Made by a program: the position numbers and the translations under genes. Positions 41,280 to 50,748 of a stretch of 64,000 nt of DNA are shown piece by piece; within the stretch, counting starts at the first letter, position 1; every line of letters starts with the position of its first letter. Origin of the DNA: Candidatus Woesearchaeota archaeon (lineage in GTDB: Archaea; Nanobdellota; Nanobdellia; Woesearchaeales; UBA12501). The stretch lies in contig JAWOBY010000066.1 in NCBI GenBank assembly GCA_046484055.1, forward strand, positions 18,928 to 82,927, given 5' to 3'. Under the pieces are notes generated by a model. That model saw only the letters and a list, made by a program, of their open reading frames with translations, searched no databases and was not told the DNA's origin.

Positions 41280-43301
41280 TCAGATCTTCTGGATGAAGCC
41301 CCTCCTGGGCTCAAATATATCTCCATTCCTTTTGAGGCGTTCTATGGTCTCATCCACCTTGTCCGCGTCAATGCCTTTCTCTGAAGCTTCCTTCACGACG
41401 TCATCGATAGGCACCGGCTTGCCCACCTTGTTCTCAAGCTCTGATATCATCTCTTTGATCACTATCACATTGCTCCTCTGGCTCGCGCTTATCCCTGTGG
41501 TTATCCTGTCTATATCTATCTTGCCTGTCTCCCTGTCCAGACCTACCTGTTTGAGACAGTAATCAAGCAGGCTTATCGCCCTTCTGGCGTCTTTCTTTGT
41601 CACCTTCTCGCTCAACCTGAGCCTGGCGTTGGATTCGCTGAGCCTCACTAACGCTTCAAGCTGCCTTGGTGAGATTGGTATGGTCTTGACCGCGCCTTCC
41701 TCTGTGGATCCGGAGCTCCTCATGTTTATGTAATACTCCTGTATCTCCTGCATTGCCTCCTCATTCAGTTTTGGGAACACCCTTGTCCTTGCGTATGCTA
41801 TATATTTCCTGAGAAGTTTTGTGTCTATCTCCGGCTCTTCCGAGGCCGTACTCTTGTGCAGGTTCAGTATGAATTTTGCCATCCTCTTATCGTTTGTCTC
41901 ATCAGGCATATCCTTTATTGGGAATATAAGGTCGAACCTGTTTATCAGGGTGGGGGGGAGGTCTATCTGATTCGCCATTATGTCATAAGGGTTGAACCTT
42001 CCCATTTTGGGGTTGGCAGCTGCGAGGACAGTGGTCTCCGCCTTGAGGGTCGCCTGGATATTGGCTTTTGATATTGTGACTGTCTGCTGCTCAAGGGCCT
42101 CGTGCATGGCGGATCTGTCCTCTTTTGTCATCTTGTCCAGCTCGTCTATCATACAATTGCCCCTGTTCGCGAGGACAAGCGCTCCTGCCTCAAGCGCCCA
42201 CCCTTTGAGGAACTCATCCTTGACCACTGCTGCTGTTAGGCCCGCGCCTGAAGCGCCTTTTCCTCCCACATACCTTCCTTTTGGCGCTATCTTTGTCGCT
42301 CTCTTGAGGAGCTGGGATTTGCCCGCGCCAGGATCGCCTACAAGAAGTATGTGCATATCCCCTCTCGTGACAACGCCATCATCCCTCTCCTTCCTCACTC
42401 CCCCTATCAGCTGCAGGACTACAGCTTCCTTTATCTTTTCATGCCCATAGATGGAGGGGGCGATTGAATTGAATATCATTGAGTGTATCTTGGGGTCTTT
42501 GGAGAGCTCTTTTATCTGTTCTTTCTCGTCCTCGGTTATCTCAAGCTCTCCATATTCCTCCTCCACTGTCCCCACGTAATTGGATTCGATCACCAGGTCA
42601 AACCTTATTGACTGCCCCCCTGTACTCAGTATGACCGGCACTTCCTTGAGGATGCCGTTTATTGTTATCCTCGCGCCCGGGTTGGTCTTCTTATCGCTCA
42701 GGGGGCTGACAAGATCCTCTTTCAGGAAGACATCCATCCTCTTAGGCTGTTCTCCCCCTTCCAGGCTTTCCGGCACCTCTTCCAGCACCACCCTCTGCGC
42801 GTCAACCAGATCCTTGCTCACCAGCCTGAATTTCCCTTTGCGCCCGCATCCGCACCTGCTGGGTTCCTTGAACTTGGTGTCCACCTGAAGAACGGAGATC
42901 ATATTCCCGCAGCTGGGGCATTCGAATTTTGCCGAGGTGACCTGCGGCCTCACATCACTCTTCTGCCTGACGACCCCCTCTGTGTAGAGGAACTTGCTTA
43001 TGTGTTCGCTCCTTATGTTCCTTATTATTATCTTCTGGCTTTCAGGCAGGTTGCTGAAGCGCACCTTGAACTCCTTGTTCGTCTCCGGAAGATCGAATTC
43101 CTTTATGGCAAGCTCTGCAGCCTTTATGACTTCCTCAGGCTGTTCAAGAAGAAGATCAGCAAGGGATGGATCGAACTTTGATAATACCATGAAATCGACT
43201 ATAAGAAAGTGTTCTCCTCTTCTCGCTTTTTCAAGAAGCTCTGCGTGGTGGTGCAGTTCTATGAATTCAGCAAATTTTTTTATCTGGTCTACCAGTTCCA
43301 T
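41280..43301 (-). CDS. mcm: MCM replicative helicase
   Basis: GDPGAGKSQ, IDELDKM, HEALEQQT, AANP, INRFD, RQLE; Zn finger CPSC..CGC. Confidence 0.98.
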   Translation of the reverse strand: MELVDQIKKFAEFIELHHHAELLEKARRGEHFLIVDFMVLSKFDPSLADLLLEQPEEVIKAAELAIKEFDLPETNKEFKVRFSNLPESQKIIIRNIRSEHISKFLYTEGVVRQKSDVRPQVTSAKFECPSCGNMISVLQVDTKFKEPSRCGCGRKGKFRLVSKDLVDAQRVVLEEVPESLEGGEQPKRMDVFLKEDLVSPLSDKKTNPGARITINGILKEVPVILSTGGQSIRFDLVIESNYVGTVEEEYGELEITEDEKEQIKELSKDPKIHSMIFNSIAPSIYGHEKIKEAVVLQLIGGVRKERDDGVVTRGDMHILLVGDPGAGKSQLLKRATKIAPKGRYVGGKGASGAGLTAAVVKDEFLKGWALEAGALVLANRGNCMIDELDKMTKEDRSAMHEALEQQTVTISKANIQATLKAETTVLAAANPKMGRFNPYDIMANQIDLPPTLINRFDLIFPIKDMPDETNDKRMAKFILNLHKSTASEEPEIDTKLLRKYIAYARTRVFPKLNEEAMQEIQEYYINMRSSGSTEEGAVKTIPISPRQLEALVRLSESNARLRLSEKVTKKDARRAISLLDYCLKQVGLDRETGKIDIDRITTGISASQRSNVIVIKEMISELENKVGKPVPIDDVVKEASEKGIDADKVDETIERLKRNGDIFEPRRGFIQKI

Positions 43302-43356
43302 TTTGCCCTCGTTCGTGTTGGGGGAGAAATTAAAAAATAAATCTTTGTGCGGGCAA

Positions 43357-43902
43357 TCACTTTGATTTTATGCCTTTCAGGTGGCCTATGAGCTTGTCAA
43401 GAGCTTCATGGACTTCCTTCTCGCTCTTGGTCCCTGTGCATACCACTTTTCCGTTGCTGAAGAGAAGGAATGTGGCCTTTGCCTCTGCAAGCTTGTACAC
43501 GAGGCCGGGGAACTGTTCAGGCTCGTATTCTGTGTTCTCAAGCTTCATCGCAAGGTCGTTCAGGTTCAGGTCCATTCCCACAGTGCCTGAGGCGACTATG
43601 TTCTGTATCTTTATCTCCGGCTTGATATTTATCTTGATGCCTATCTTCTCAAGCACCTTTATTATCTTTCCTATGGATTCCTCCACCTTTTCCATGGATC
43701 TTGCGCCGGTGCAGACTATCTTTCCTGAGCTGAATATCAAAGCAGAGGTTTTTGGCTCTTTGATACGGATAACAAGGCCAGGGAATTGCTCTGGGTTGTA
43801 TTCAGTATTGGATAGCGTCGCTGCCATCTTCTCGAGAGGTATATCATGCTCTAAAGAAGCAGAGACCACTATATTGACGACTTTTATGTCTTTCTTGGTC
43901 AT
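43357..43902 (-). CDS. tbp: TATA-box-binding protein
   Basis: Two repeats of NIV.S / Y.PEQFPGLV / F.SGK.VCTG. Confidence 0.98.
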   Translation of the reverse strand: MTKKDIKVVNIVVSASLEHDIPLEKMAATLSNTEYNPEQFPGLVIRIKEPKTSALIFSSGKIVCTGARSMEKVEESIGKIIKVLEKIGIKINIKPEIKIQNIVASGTVGMDLNLNDLAMKLENTEYEPEQFPGLVYKLAEAKATFLLFSNGKVVCTGTKSEKEVHEALDKLIGHLKGIKSK

Positions 43903-44026
43903 TTTAGCACCCCCATGCTGTATAATGCTCATTTAAATACTATTTAAAAGTATTTTATAAATAACATCCCTCATTTATAAATGCTTTGTTTTTAAACCGG
44001 AAATCTTTTAGAACTAGTATAATTTA

Positions 44027-44404
44027 TTGGCAAAAATGATAATAAATAAGAGCAGAAACAGGGTTCTGGCCAAGAATTCGCGGATTCTGGACTCTTTTTT
44101 GGGCAAGGCAAGGGGTTTGATGTTCCACAGGAGGATCAGCAAAGAAGGGGATGGATATGGGGGATATGGGCTTGTATTCCCCTTTGATTCAGAGGCCAGG
44201 AGAAGCATACACATGTTTTTCGTCTTCTTTCCCATTGATGTGCTGTTTCTTGACAGGAAGAGGAGGGTTGTTGAGGTGAAGGAGCGCCTGAAGCCTTTCT
44301 CTATCTGCCTGCCCAAAAAGAAGAGCAAATACATTATTGAGCTGCCTGCAGGTGTGGTATCAAGCACAGCTTTAATGATAGGGGATATCATAAACTTTAA
44401 ATAG
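44027..44404 (+). CDS. DUF192-family protein
   Basis: ARGLMF, IHMFFVFFPIDVLFLD, YIIELPAG. Confidence 0.88.
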   Translation: MAKMIINKSRNRVLAKNSRILDSFLGKARGLMFHRRISKEGDGYGGYGLVFPFDSEARRSIHMFFVFFPIDVLFLDRKRRVVEVKERLKPFSICLPKKKSKYIIELPAGVVSSTALMIGDIINFK

Positions 44405-44442
44405 GCCAGCGCTAACTTCGGGGAAGAACCGGCTGGGATCAT

Positions 44443-44633
44443 GGGGCTGTAGTATAACCTGGCTAGTATAGTTGGCTCCAGTCAATGGAGCGATGAGGCA
44501 AATTGCTTGTTTGCTGATGATTAATGGTTTGGTATGTCAGGGCATGCCAGTTTCGCTCTGAGGAAGATACCAACGGGTCTGGGTTCAAATCGCGAGGGCG
44601 GAAAGCCCTTCCATGGAAGTCCCAGCAGCCCCA
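44443..44633 (+). tRNA. trnW: tRNA-Trp(CCA) with two introns: about 87 nt at 37/38 (44482-44568) and about 30 nt in the T-loop (about 44590-44620)
   Basis: Acceptor stem GGGGCTG/CAGCCCC-A, anticodon arm GTTGG-CTCCAG..A-CCAAC, T arm CTGGG-TTCAA..-CCCAG; box C/D-like motifs in intron 1. Confidence 0.88.
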
Positions 44634-44755
44634 TCCCGGTCTTTTTATCATGTTCTCATGCCCCTCTTCATATCCATCTTTATGATTGATAAAAATTTAA
44701 AAACCCTCCCCTATTGTTCGGTCTGAAAAAGAGGTAAAAAGGGCAGGATACGATA

Positions 44756-45901
44756 ATGGGTAAGCTTGAGTTTTGCGAGGCAGTGGCTACAATGGTCGGC
44801 TGCATTGTGGGTGCGGGCATATTCGGCGTCCCTTATGTGATAGCTCAGGCAGGTTTTCTTACAGGGGTGTTGACGATAATTGTTCTCGGCCTTGTTGTGC
44901 TGATGATATATCTCTATCTGGGTGAAGTCGTGCTGAGGACAAGGGGAAGGCACCAGCTGACCGGTTATGCGGAAATCTATCTCGGCAGATGGGGCAAGAG
45001 GATAATGGCTTTCTCCATGGTATTCGGCATATACGGTTCTCTCACCGCTTATCTTATAGGCGAGGGGTCAGCCATAAGCTCTATCCTCGGCGGGCCTCAG
45101 GCAATCTATACACTGCTGTTTTTTATCGTCGCTGCAGCGATAGTCTACGCAGGGCTGGGCGCGCTGGAGAAATCAGAGCTGTTTACCATGACCCTGATCT
45201 TTATTGTCACGATCATAATAATAGTGTTCACTTCCCCTCACATAGAGATGCCGAATCTCTCCGGCTTCAGCATCAGCAGGTTCTTCGTGCCTTATGGGGT
45301 TATCCTCTTCTCTTATCTTGGCATGATGTCAATACCTGAAGTGAGGGAGATACTTGAGCACGATAAGAGAAAGATGAAAAAAGCCGTTTTTGCGGGGATG
45401 GCCATACCCATAATCCTCAATCTTGTGTTCTCATTCGTGATCGTCGGGGCTGTGGGCCTCTCAAGGTTCAACTCCATGGCCCCTAATGACCGCATAGCGA
45501 CTATAGCGCTGGGCGAGGTGGTCATGCCCTCTCTCTTCGTGATAGCGAACATCTTTGCCGTATTCGCCATGTTCACGTCTTTCATCGCTGTGGCTTTCGC
45601 TCTGAAGGAGATGTTCATATATGATTATAATATTGACAGGAGACTCTCCTGGGCCCTGACATGTTTTATCCCTCTTTTCATAGCGCTCAGCGGCCTCACA
45701 ACATTCGTGGAAGCCCTCGGCGTGGTGGGGGTGGTAGCAGGAGGCATAGACTCCATACTCATAGTCCTCATGTTCCACAGGGCGAAAAGCATGGGCAACA
45801 GGAAGCCTGAATACTCAGTCACGGGACACCCCCTCTTGAGCACGCTCATAATAGGGCTCTTTATAACAGGCGCTTTCTTCATGCTGGCAGGGTTCTTTTA
45901 G
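44756..45901 (+). CDS. Aromatic amino-acid permease-family (APC superfamily) transporter
   Basis: G.IVGAGIFGVPY, PYGVILFSY.G...IPE, about 11 TM segments. Confidence 0.88.
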   Translation: MGKLEFCEAVATMVGCIVGAGIFGVPYVIAQAGFLTGVLTIIVLGLVVLMIYLYLGEVVLRTRGRHQLTGYAEIYLGRWGKRIMAFSMVFGIYGSLTAYLIGEGSAISSILGGPQAIYTLLFFIVAAAIVYAGLGALEKSELFTMTLIFIVTIIIIVFTSPHIEMPNLSGFSISRFFVPYGVILFSYLGMMSIPEVREILEHDKRKMKKAVFAGMAIPIILNLVFSFVIVGAVGLSRFNSMAPNDRIATIALGEVVMPSLFVIANIFAVFAMFTSFIAVAFALKEMFIYDYNIDRRLSWALTCFIPLFIALSGLTTFVEALGVVGVVAGGIDSILIVLMFHRAKSMGNRKPEYSVTGHPLLSTLIIGLFITGAFFMLAGFF

Positions 45902-46072
45902 CCGGACAAAAGAATAAGAGTTGACTAATCTTTGGTCATGTGCAGGATAATACATAAACACATATGAATGGATACATATAAATGGGCATAAAGGGATATG
46001 TCAGGAGGGGATGACCAGATCTTACGGCGGTGTCATCTGTATGCGTCCCGTCTTCTCCCTATCCTGACAGGA

Positions 46073-49000
46073 TTATTTGAGCTTGAGGCCTGTCTTTTTC
46101 TTTCCTTTATCCTGTTTCTTTGGCTTCTTCTCTTTGGCCTTTCCGCTTTCCGGGGATTTCTCTCTCCTCCTCAGGAGTGCCAGCATAACTCCCAGCGCGA
46201 TAAGCCCCCCTATGATATAATATAAGTATGAGAATATGCCGCTGAATCTGCTTTCTCTCACCTTGAGGATGAAATGCTTGTTGTGCGGCTTTTCCTTTCC
46301 TGTTATGTCCATGCCGACAGTGACCTTATAGTTTCCCTCTTCCACTGTGCTGTTTGGCGCGGCCACCAGGTTGATCGTCCTGTTCTCTCCCGGACTTATC
46401 TCCACGCTGGTGTTGTCCATGTATATCCAGTCCACATCCTCTCTCACGCTTATCCTGAATTTGGTGGTCTTATTGACATTTGATATCCTGACGGGAACGA
46501 GGGTTTCTGTTCCCTGTTTCACGAAGACTTCCTCAAATTCTTCTTCAGGGATGCCCTCCTCTTCTGTGTCCTCTGCTGATACTCCTTCATCAGTTCCAGT
46601 ATCCTGTGGTTCTTCATCAAGCTCTTCGCTATCTGATGCTTCCCCGCTCAGGTTTCCGCTTTCGTTTCCTGTGGTATCCTCTGTGGCGTTTGCAGTTCCG
46701 GAGGATATCATTCCCGCTATGGCTGCGCTTCCGAGGTAAATGGCCCCTGCAGCGAGTAACAGGGCGATGAGTATGAGTATCGCTATCATCAGGATGTTCT
46801 TGATCCTGCTGTAGTCCTTCTCAGGATGCTCTTCTTTCCTTCTCTCTTTTCCGCTTTCTTGCTTTTTCTTCTGGGAGGCTGATTCTGAACCCTTCTTCTC
46901 CCTGTATTCTTTGGTCTTTATGGCTGCCAGCAGTATCGCCAGCAGGAGTAACCCTCCCAGCACATACCACATATATCTCTCATAGAATGGCTCCCTCTCT
47001 TCTATGCTCAGGACTATCTCCTCTGTTATGGGCTTTTCCTTTCCTGCCACATTTATCCTTACGCTGAGGTTATAACTTCCTTCCCTCACCTCATCTGTGG
47101 GCGTGACAAGAAGGTTTATTGTTTCCCTCTCCCCAGGGGGTATGCTCACCAGATCCTTGTCTGTCCTGACCCATGTTATATTCTCGCTTACCCTTATCCT
47201 GTATGTGTTGGGCCTGTCGCTGTTCTGTATTATAAGAGGTATCGTTATGTTCTCACTGCTGACTACTTCAATCACATTGCCTTCACCTTCAAGGCCTGTC
47301 CTGTTGACAAATATTGTCGCGTTAGTGAACGGTTTTGAGGGCAGCTCTTCCGGCTGTGCCGGCTCTTCAGGACCCTCTCCTGTGGCATTGGTGATGTTTG
47401 TGGCATTTCCTGCGGTTATGGGTGCGATAGCGAAATGGTATGCTGTGATCGCGATGCCTGCCAGAAGTATCAGCAGCAGAAGCAGCAGAAGGATCCTTCT
47501 GAGCCAGCCCGGCTTCTCCTTGCTGATGAGTTTCTCTTCCTTTGGCTTCGCTTCTTTAGGCTTCTCTTCCTTAGGGCGCCTATTCCTGTATGCAATCCCC
47601 CCTATTACAGCTCCGGCCAGTATCAGGATGAGGAGCAGCGCTGAAAGCATGTAAATCCAATAACTGCTGAAGAACCTTGTTGTTTTCTCCCACAAGGTAC
47701 TCTCTCTCAGGTTTATGTCAAAATTCCTTGAGTATGCTATGTTCGTGCCCTCAAGCTGCGCATCCACTCTTACAGGGTATTTCCCCTCAGGAGTCGCGTT
47801 CTGGGGCAGGAGACTCATGCCGGCAGTGTCTTCCTCTCCGGGCTCCACACTTATCCTTGTCCTGTTGATATGCGTCCAGTTATTCCCGTGGACGCTCAGG
47901 AGGTAATCTCCCTCCCTTATTCCATCATTACTGAATCTGAGAGTTATGGTCTTTCCCTCATAACTGGTGTCTATGTCATCATCTTCCGCGTTTATCTCAA
48001 GGCTGTAGGCGTCTTCCCTCTCCATTATCTCTGCGGTGAAACCTATGGCTGCTGTCTCTTCAGGATATGATTCTATGGATCCTTTCAGTTCGAATGCGTA
48101 TGTGCCTGTTGTGTTCAGCGGGACATCATAATACAGGTTTATCTCCTTTTCCGTGCCTTCGTCAAGCCCCAGCCTGTTCGTTTCCAGTCTCAGCCACTCC
48201 GGTCCTGTGTGGTTGAAGGAGTATTCGCTTGCCTTGCTCCCGTCATTTTTCACATTGAATGGCATGGGGCCTTCTTCCCCTTCCACCAATTGGTACCAGA
48301 CCTCGGGGGCGCTCATGTTGATAGAGTGGCAGTCCTCCACCTCAGCGGCTATGCTGAGCGTTTTCCTTATCTCCCCTCTTGCTGTCACAGCGTCTATGGT
48401 CACGTTGTGGGTCCCGGTCCTGACTTCATAAGGGAAGATATTGAGATTGACTGTCTTCTCTTGGCCCCCTGCAAGGGCTATGCTTGAATTGTCGAATGCA
48501 GTCCATTCAGTATCAGAGCTGAGAAAGTAAGTGTTTGATATCTCTGCGGTATTCTTTATTGTTACAGGTATGCTGCCTCCTGATTCCTGACATATGGAGT
48601 GCTGTCCGGGGGATCCCATAGTATAATTATAGCAGGGGGCTACCTGCAGGTTGAAGGGGAGTTCCGCTGTCATCCCGCTTCTTTCAGTATCTGCTTTTAG
48701 TGTGAAATCAAGATCACCATAGCTTCCGCAGGGGGTTGTTATGAAAACTGTTACATTCTCTTTTGATTGGGGCTCCAGTATGAGGACGTCCTCGCTCAGC
48801 TCAGCATATTCGCTCTCCATCTCAAGATTGTATGTTTCCAGGAATGGGCCTGTGTTCTGTACGCTGAATGTGTATTCTGCCGGTGAGCAGGGGCAGACAG
48901 GGGCGGATGCTTTCACCATCCTGAGGCCTATGTTTACACAGTCCTTCGCTTTTATTGTCTGGGAGAACTCTTTCTCTGTATCAAAGACTGTCTTGATTAT

Positions 49001-49345
49001 GGTGTCTATCTTATACTCCCCTTTGATGCCGCATGGGACCCTCACAAAGTTTGTTATCTCTTTCCTCTCTCCCGGCTTCAGGCTGAAGGCCTTCTCTGTG
49101 AGGGTCGAGAATCTTTCTCCGGGGCCTGACTGCTCTATGCTGTATGTGCTGGTGGTATCGCCTGTGTTCTCAACCGCCATAGAACTTTTTTCAGAAGAGC
49201 ATGGGCACACGTAGATTGTTTTCTGGCTCGCGTAAGCATTGAAATCCTCCTCCAAAGAGCCTTCCAGGGCAAGCGCGCCCCTGACACTGACTAATAGGAG
49301 AAGGATACCTATCAAAACATAGATTAATTTGATTTTACTACTCAT
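46073..49345 (-). CDS. Large cell-surface protein with repeated Ig/CARDB-like domains and multiple TM anchors
   Basis: Signal peptide; repeated V.NTG....Y...L.PGE units; five internal hydrophobic helices; many NxS/T sequons. Confidence 0.8.
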   Translation of the reverse strand: MSSKIKLIYVLIGILLLLVSVRGALALEGSLEEDFNAYASQKTIYVCPCSSEKSSMAVENTGDTTSTYSIEQSGPGERFSTLTEKAFSLKPGERKEITNFVRVPCGIKGEYKIDTIIKTVFDTEKEFSQTIKAKDCVNIGLRMVKASAPVCPCSPAEYTFSVQNTGPFLETYNLEMESEYAELSEDVLILEPQSKENVTVFITTPCGSYGDLDFTLKADTERSGMTAELPFNLQVAPCYNYTMGSPGQHSICQESGGSIPVTIKNTAEISNTYFLSSDTEWTAFDNSSIALAGGQEKTVNLNIFPYEVRTGTHNVTIDAVTARGEIRKTLSIAAEVEDCHSINMSAPEVWYQLVEGEEGPMPFNVKNDGSKASEYSFNHTGPEWLRLETNRLGLDEGTEKEINLYYDVPLNTTGTYAFELKGSIESYPEETAAIGFTAEIMEREDAYSLEINAEDDDIDTSYEGKTITLRFSNDGIREGDYLLSVHGNNWTHINRTRISVEPGEEDTAGMSLLPQNATPEGKYPVRVDAQLEGTNIAYSRNFDINLRESTLWEKTTRFFSSYWIYMLSALLLILILAGAVIGGIAYRNRRPKEEKPKEAKPKEEKLISKEKPGWLRRILLLLLLLILLAGIAITAYHFAIAPITAGNATNITNATGEGPEEPAQPEELPSKPFTNATIFVNRTGLEGEGNVIEVVSSENITIPLIIQNSDRPNTYRIRVSENITWVRTDKDLVSIPPGERETINLLVTPTDEVREGSYNLSVRINVAGKEKPITEEIVLSIEEREPFYERYMWYVLGGLLLLAILLAAIKTKEYREKKGSESASQKKKQESGKERRKEEHPEKDYSRIKNILMIAILILIALLLAAGAIYLGSAAIAGMISSGTANATEDTTGNESGNLSGEASDSEELDEEPQDTGTDEGVSAEDTEEEGIPEEEFEEVFVKQGTETLVPVRISNVNKTTKFRISVREDVDWIYMDNTSVEISPGENRTINLVAAPNSTVEEGNYKVTVGMDITGKEKPHNKHFILKVRESRFSGIFSYLYYIIGGLIALGVMLALLRRREKSPESGKAKEKKPKKQDKGKKKTGLKLK

Positions 49346-49440
49346 GGTCAATGACCCCCATTTGTTACTATTGGATAATATTATATTATATAAATGTTTC
49401 TGTTTTCTCATAAAAAATCAAAAACTTTATATAGCACAAT

Positions 49441-49454
49441 TTAACTATTGTTAA
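49441..49454. promoter_or_regulatory. Palindrome TTAAC-TATT-GTTAA just downstream of a TTTATATA box, upstream of the HTH-iscS operon
   Basis: Read directly; its position fits autoregulation by the downstream HTH protein. Confidence 0.45.
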
Positions 49455-49521
49455 TAATGGTTTTTTAGGGTTTTTAGGGAGTGGTTAGCGTGATCATAAT
49501 GCCTCCAGCCCATGGGGGGCC

Positions 49522-49552
49522 AATACAGGGTGAAGAATACAGGGTGAAGAAT
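49522..49552 (+). repeat. Tandem 14-bp duplication AATACAGGGTGAAG x2 covering the ribosome-binding site
   Basis: Read directly from the sequence. Confidence 0.8.
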
Positions 49553-49934
49553 GGTAATTGATAAAAAACAGCTCATGCCGCAGGAAATAGAAGTATGGTA
49601 TGTGATCCCTGCCATCAGGAGGGAGCTCGTCAGGGAGATGGTGAAGAGAGGCCTCAAGCAGAAAGACATAGCGGATAGTCTGGGGATTACAGGGGCTGCA
49701 GTCTCCCAATACCTCAGGAACAAGAGAGCAAGGGAAGTCCAGTTCACTGAAGAGACCCTCAACGAGATAAAAAGGTCTGCTGGTGTGATATCAAAAGACC
49801 CCCAAAAGCTGATCTGCGAGATGCAGAGGATACTCACGATTGTCAAGAAGAACAGGACGCTTTGCAGGGTCCATCACGAACACGGCAGGACACCGCAGAA
49901 ATGCGAGGCCTGCCTCGGAATCAATTCCGGCTAA
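49551..49934 (+). CDS. Archaeal XRE-like HTH regulator with C-terminal Cys/His cluster
   Basis: PQEIEVWYVIPAIRREL, Q..IA..LGIT.AAVSQY...KR, C..H...C..C. Confidence 0.85.
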   Translation: MVIDKKQLMPQEIEVWYVIPAIRRELVREMVKRGLKQKDIADSLGITGAAVSQYLRNKRAREVQFTEETLNEIKRSAGVISKDPQKLICEMQRILTIVKKNRTLCRVHHEHGRTPQKCEACLGINSG

Positions 49935-49965
49935 AAAATAATAAAAAAATGATAAAATAATAAAA

Positions 49966-50748
49966 ATGAAGGAAGAGAAGATATATTTTGAGAACAGGCA
50001 TGGACAGAAGCTCTGCGGGATATTGACTGTGCCTGAGGATACAGGAAGCAGGCACCATATTGTGGTGCTCGCGCATGGCTTCACGAGCAGCAAGGAAAGC
50101 TCCACATACCCATTTATGGCAAGAAAGCTCTATGAGGCAGGCATATTATCCCTGAGATTTGATTTTTACGGCCATGGGGAGAGCGAGGGAAAATTTGAGG
50201 ACATAACTCTCACAGAGGGTTCAGAGGACATACAATCTGCGATTGATTTTGCAGGGAAAAAAGAATATGTGGAGGACATCTCCCTTTTCGGCACAAGCTT
50301 CGGAGGGGTGTGCACTATACTCGCAGCCGCCAGGCATAAGGACAAAGAGATAATAAAGGCAGCGGGGCTGAAGGCCCCTGCCGCAGACATGGTGGGAAAC
50401 AGGAAGAACAAGCTGAGGGATGAGGGCTTCAGGGAATGGAAGAAGAAAGGCTTCGCTGAATTCCCCAAGGATGACGGGAGGCCAGTCAAGCTGAATTACT
50501 CATTCATTGAGGACGGGGAGATGATAGACGCGTTTGAAGAGGCAAAGAGCATCTCCTGTCCAGTACTTATAGTGCACGGCGACAGCGATGAAAGCGTCCC
50601 TGTACAACAGTCAGAAAAACTCGCGGACAACATCAAGGATGCAAAGCTTGAGATAATCAAGGGAGCTGATCATCATTTTGACAGGCCGGGTGAGAAAGAG
50701 AGAATAAACACAAGATTTGTGGAATTTTTCAGGGAGGTCTTAACATGA
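49966..50748 (+). CDS. Alpha/beta hydrolase
   Basis: HGF, RFDFYGHGES, GTSFGG nucleophile elbow, HGDSDESV, GADH. Confidence 0.92.
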   Translation: MKEEKIYFENRHGQKLCGILTVPEDTGSRHHIVVLAHGFTSSKESSTYPFMARKLYEAGILSLRFDFYGHGESEGKFEDITLTEGSEDIQSAIDFAGKKEYVEDISLFGTSFGGVCTILAAARHKDKEIIKAAGLKAPAADMVGNRKNKLRDEGFREWKKKGFAEFPKDDGRPVKLNYSFIEDGEMIDAFEEAKSISCPVLIVHGDSDESVPVQQSEKLADNIKDAKLEIIKGADHHFDRPGEKERINTRFVEFFREVLT

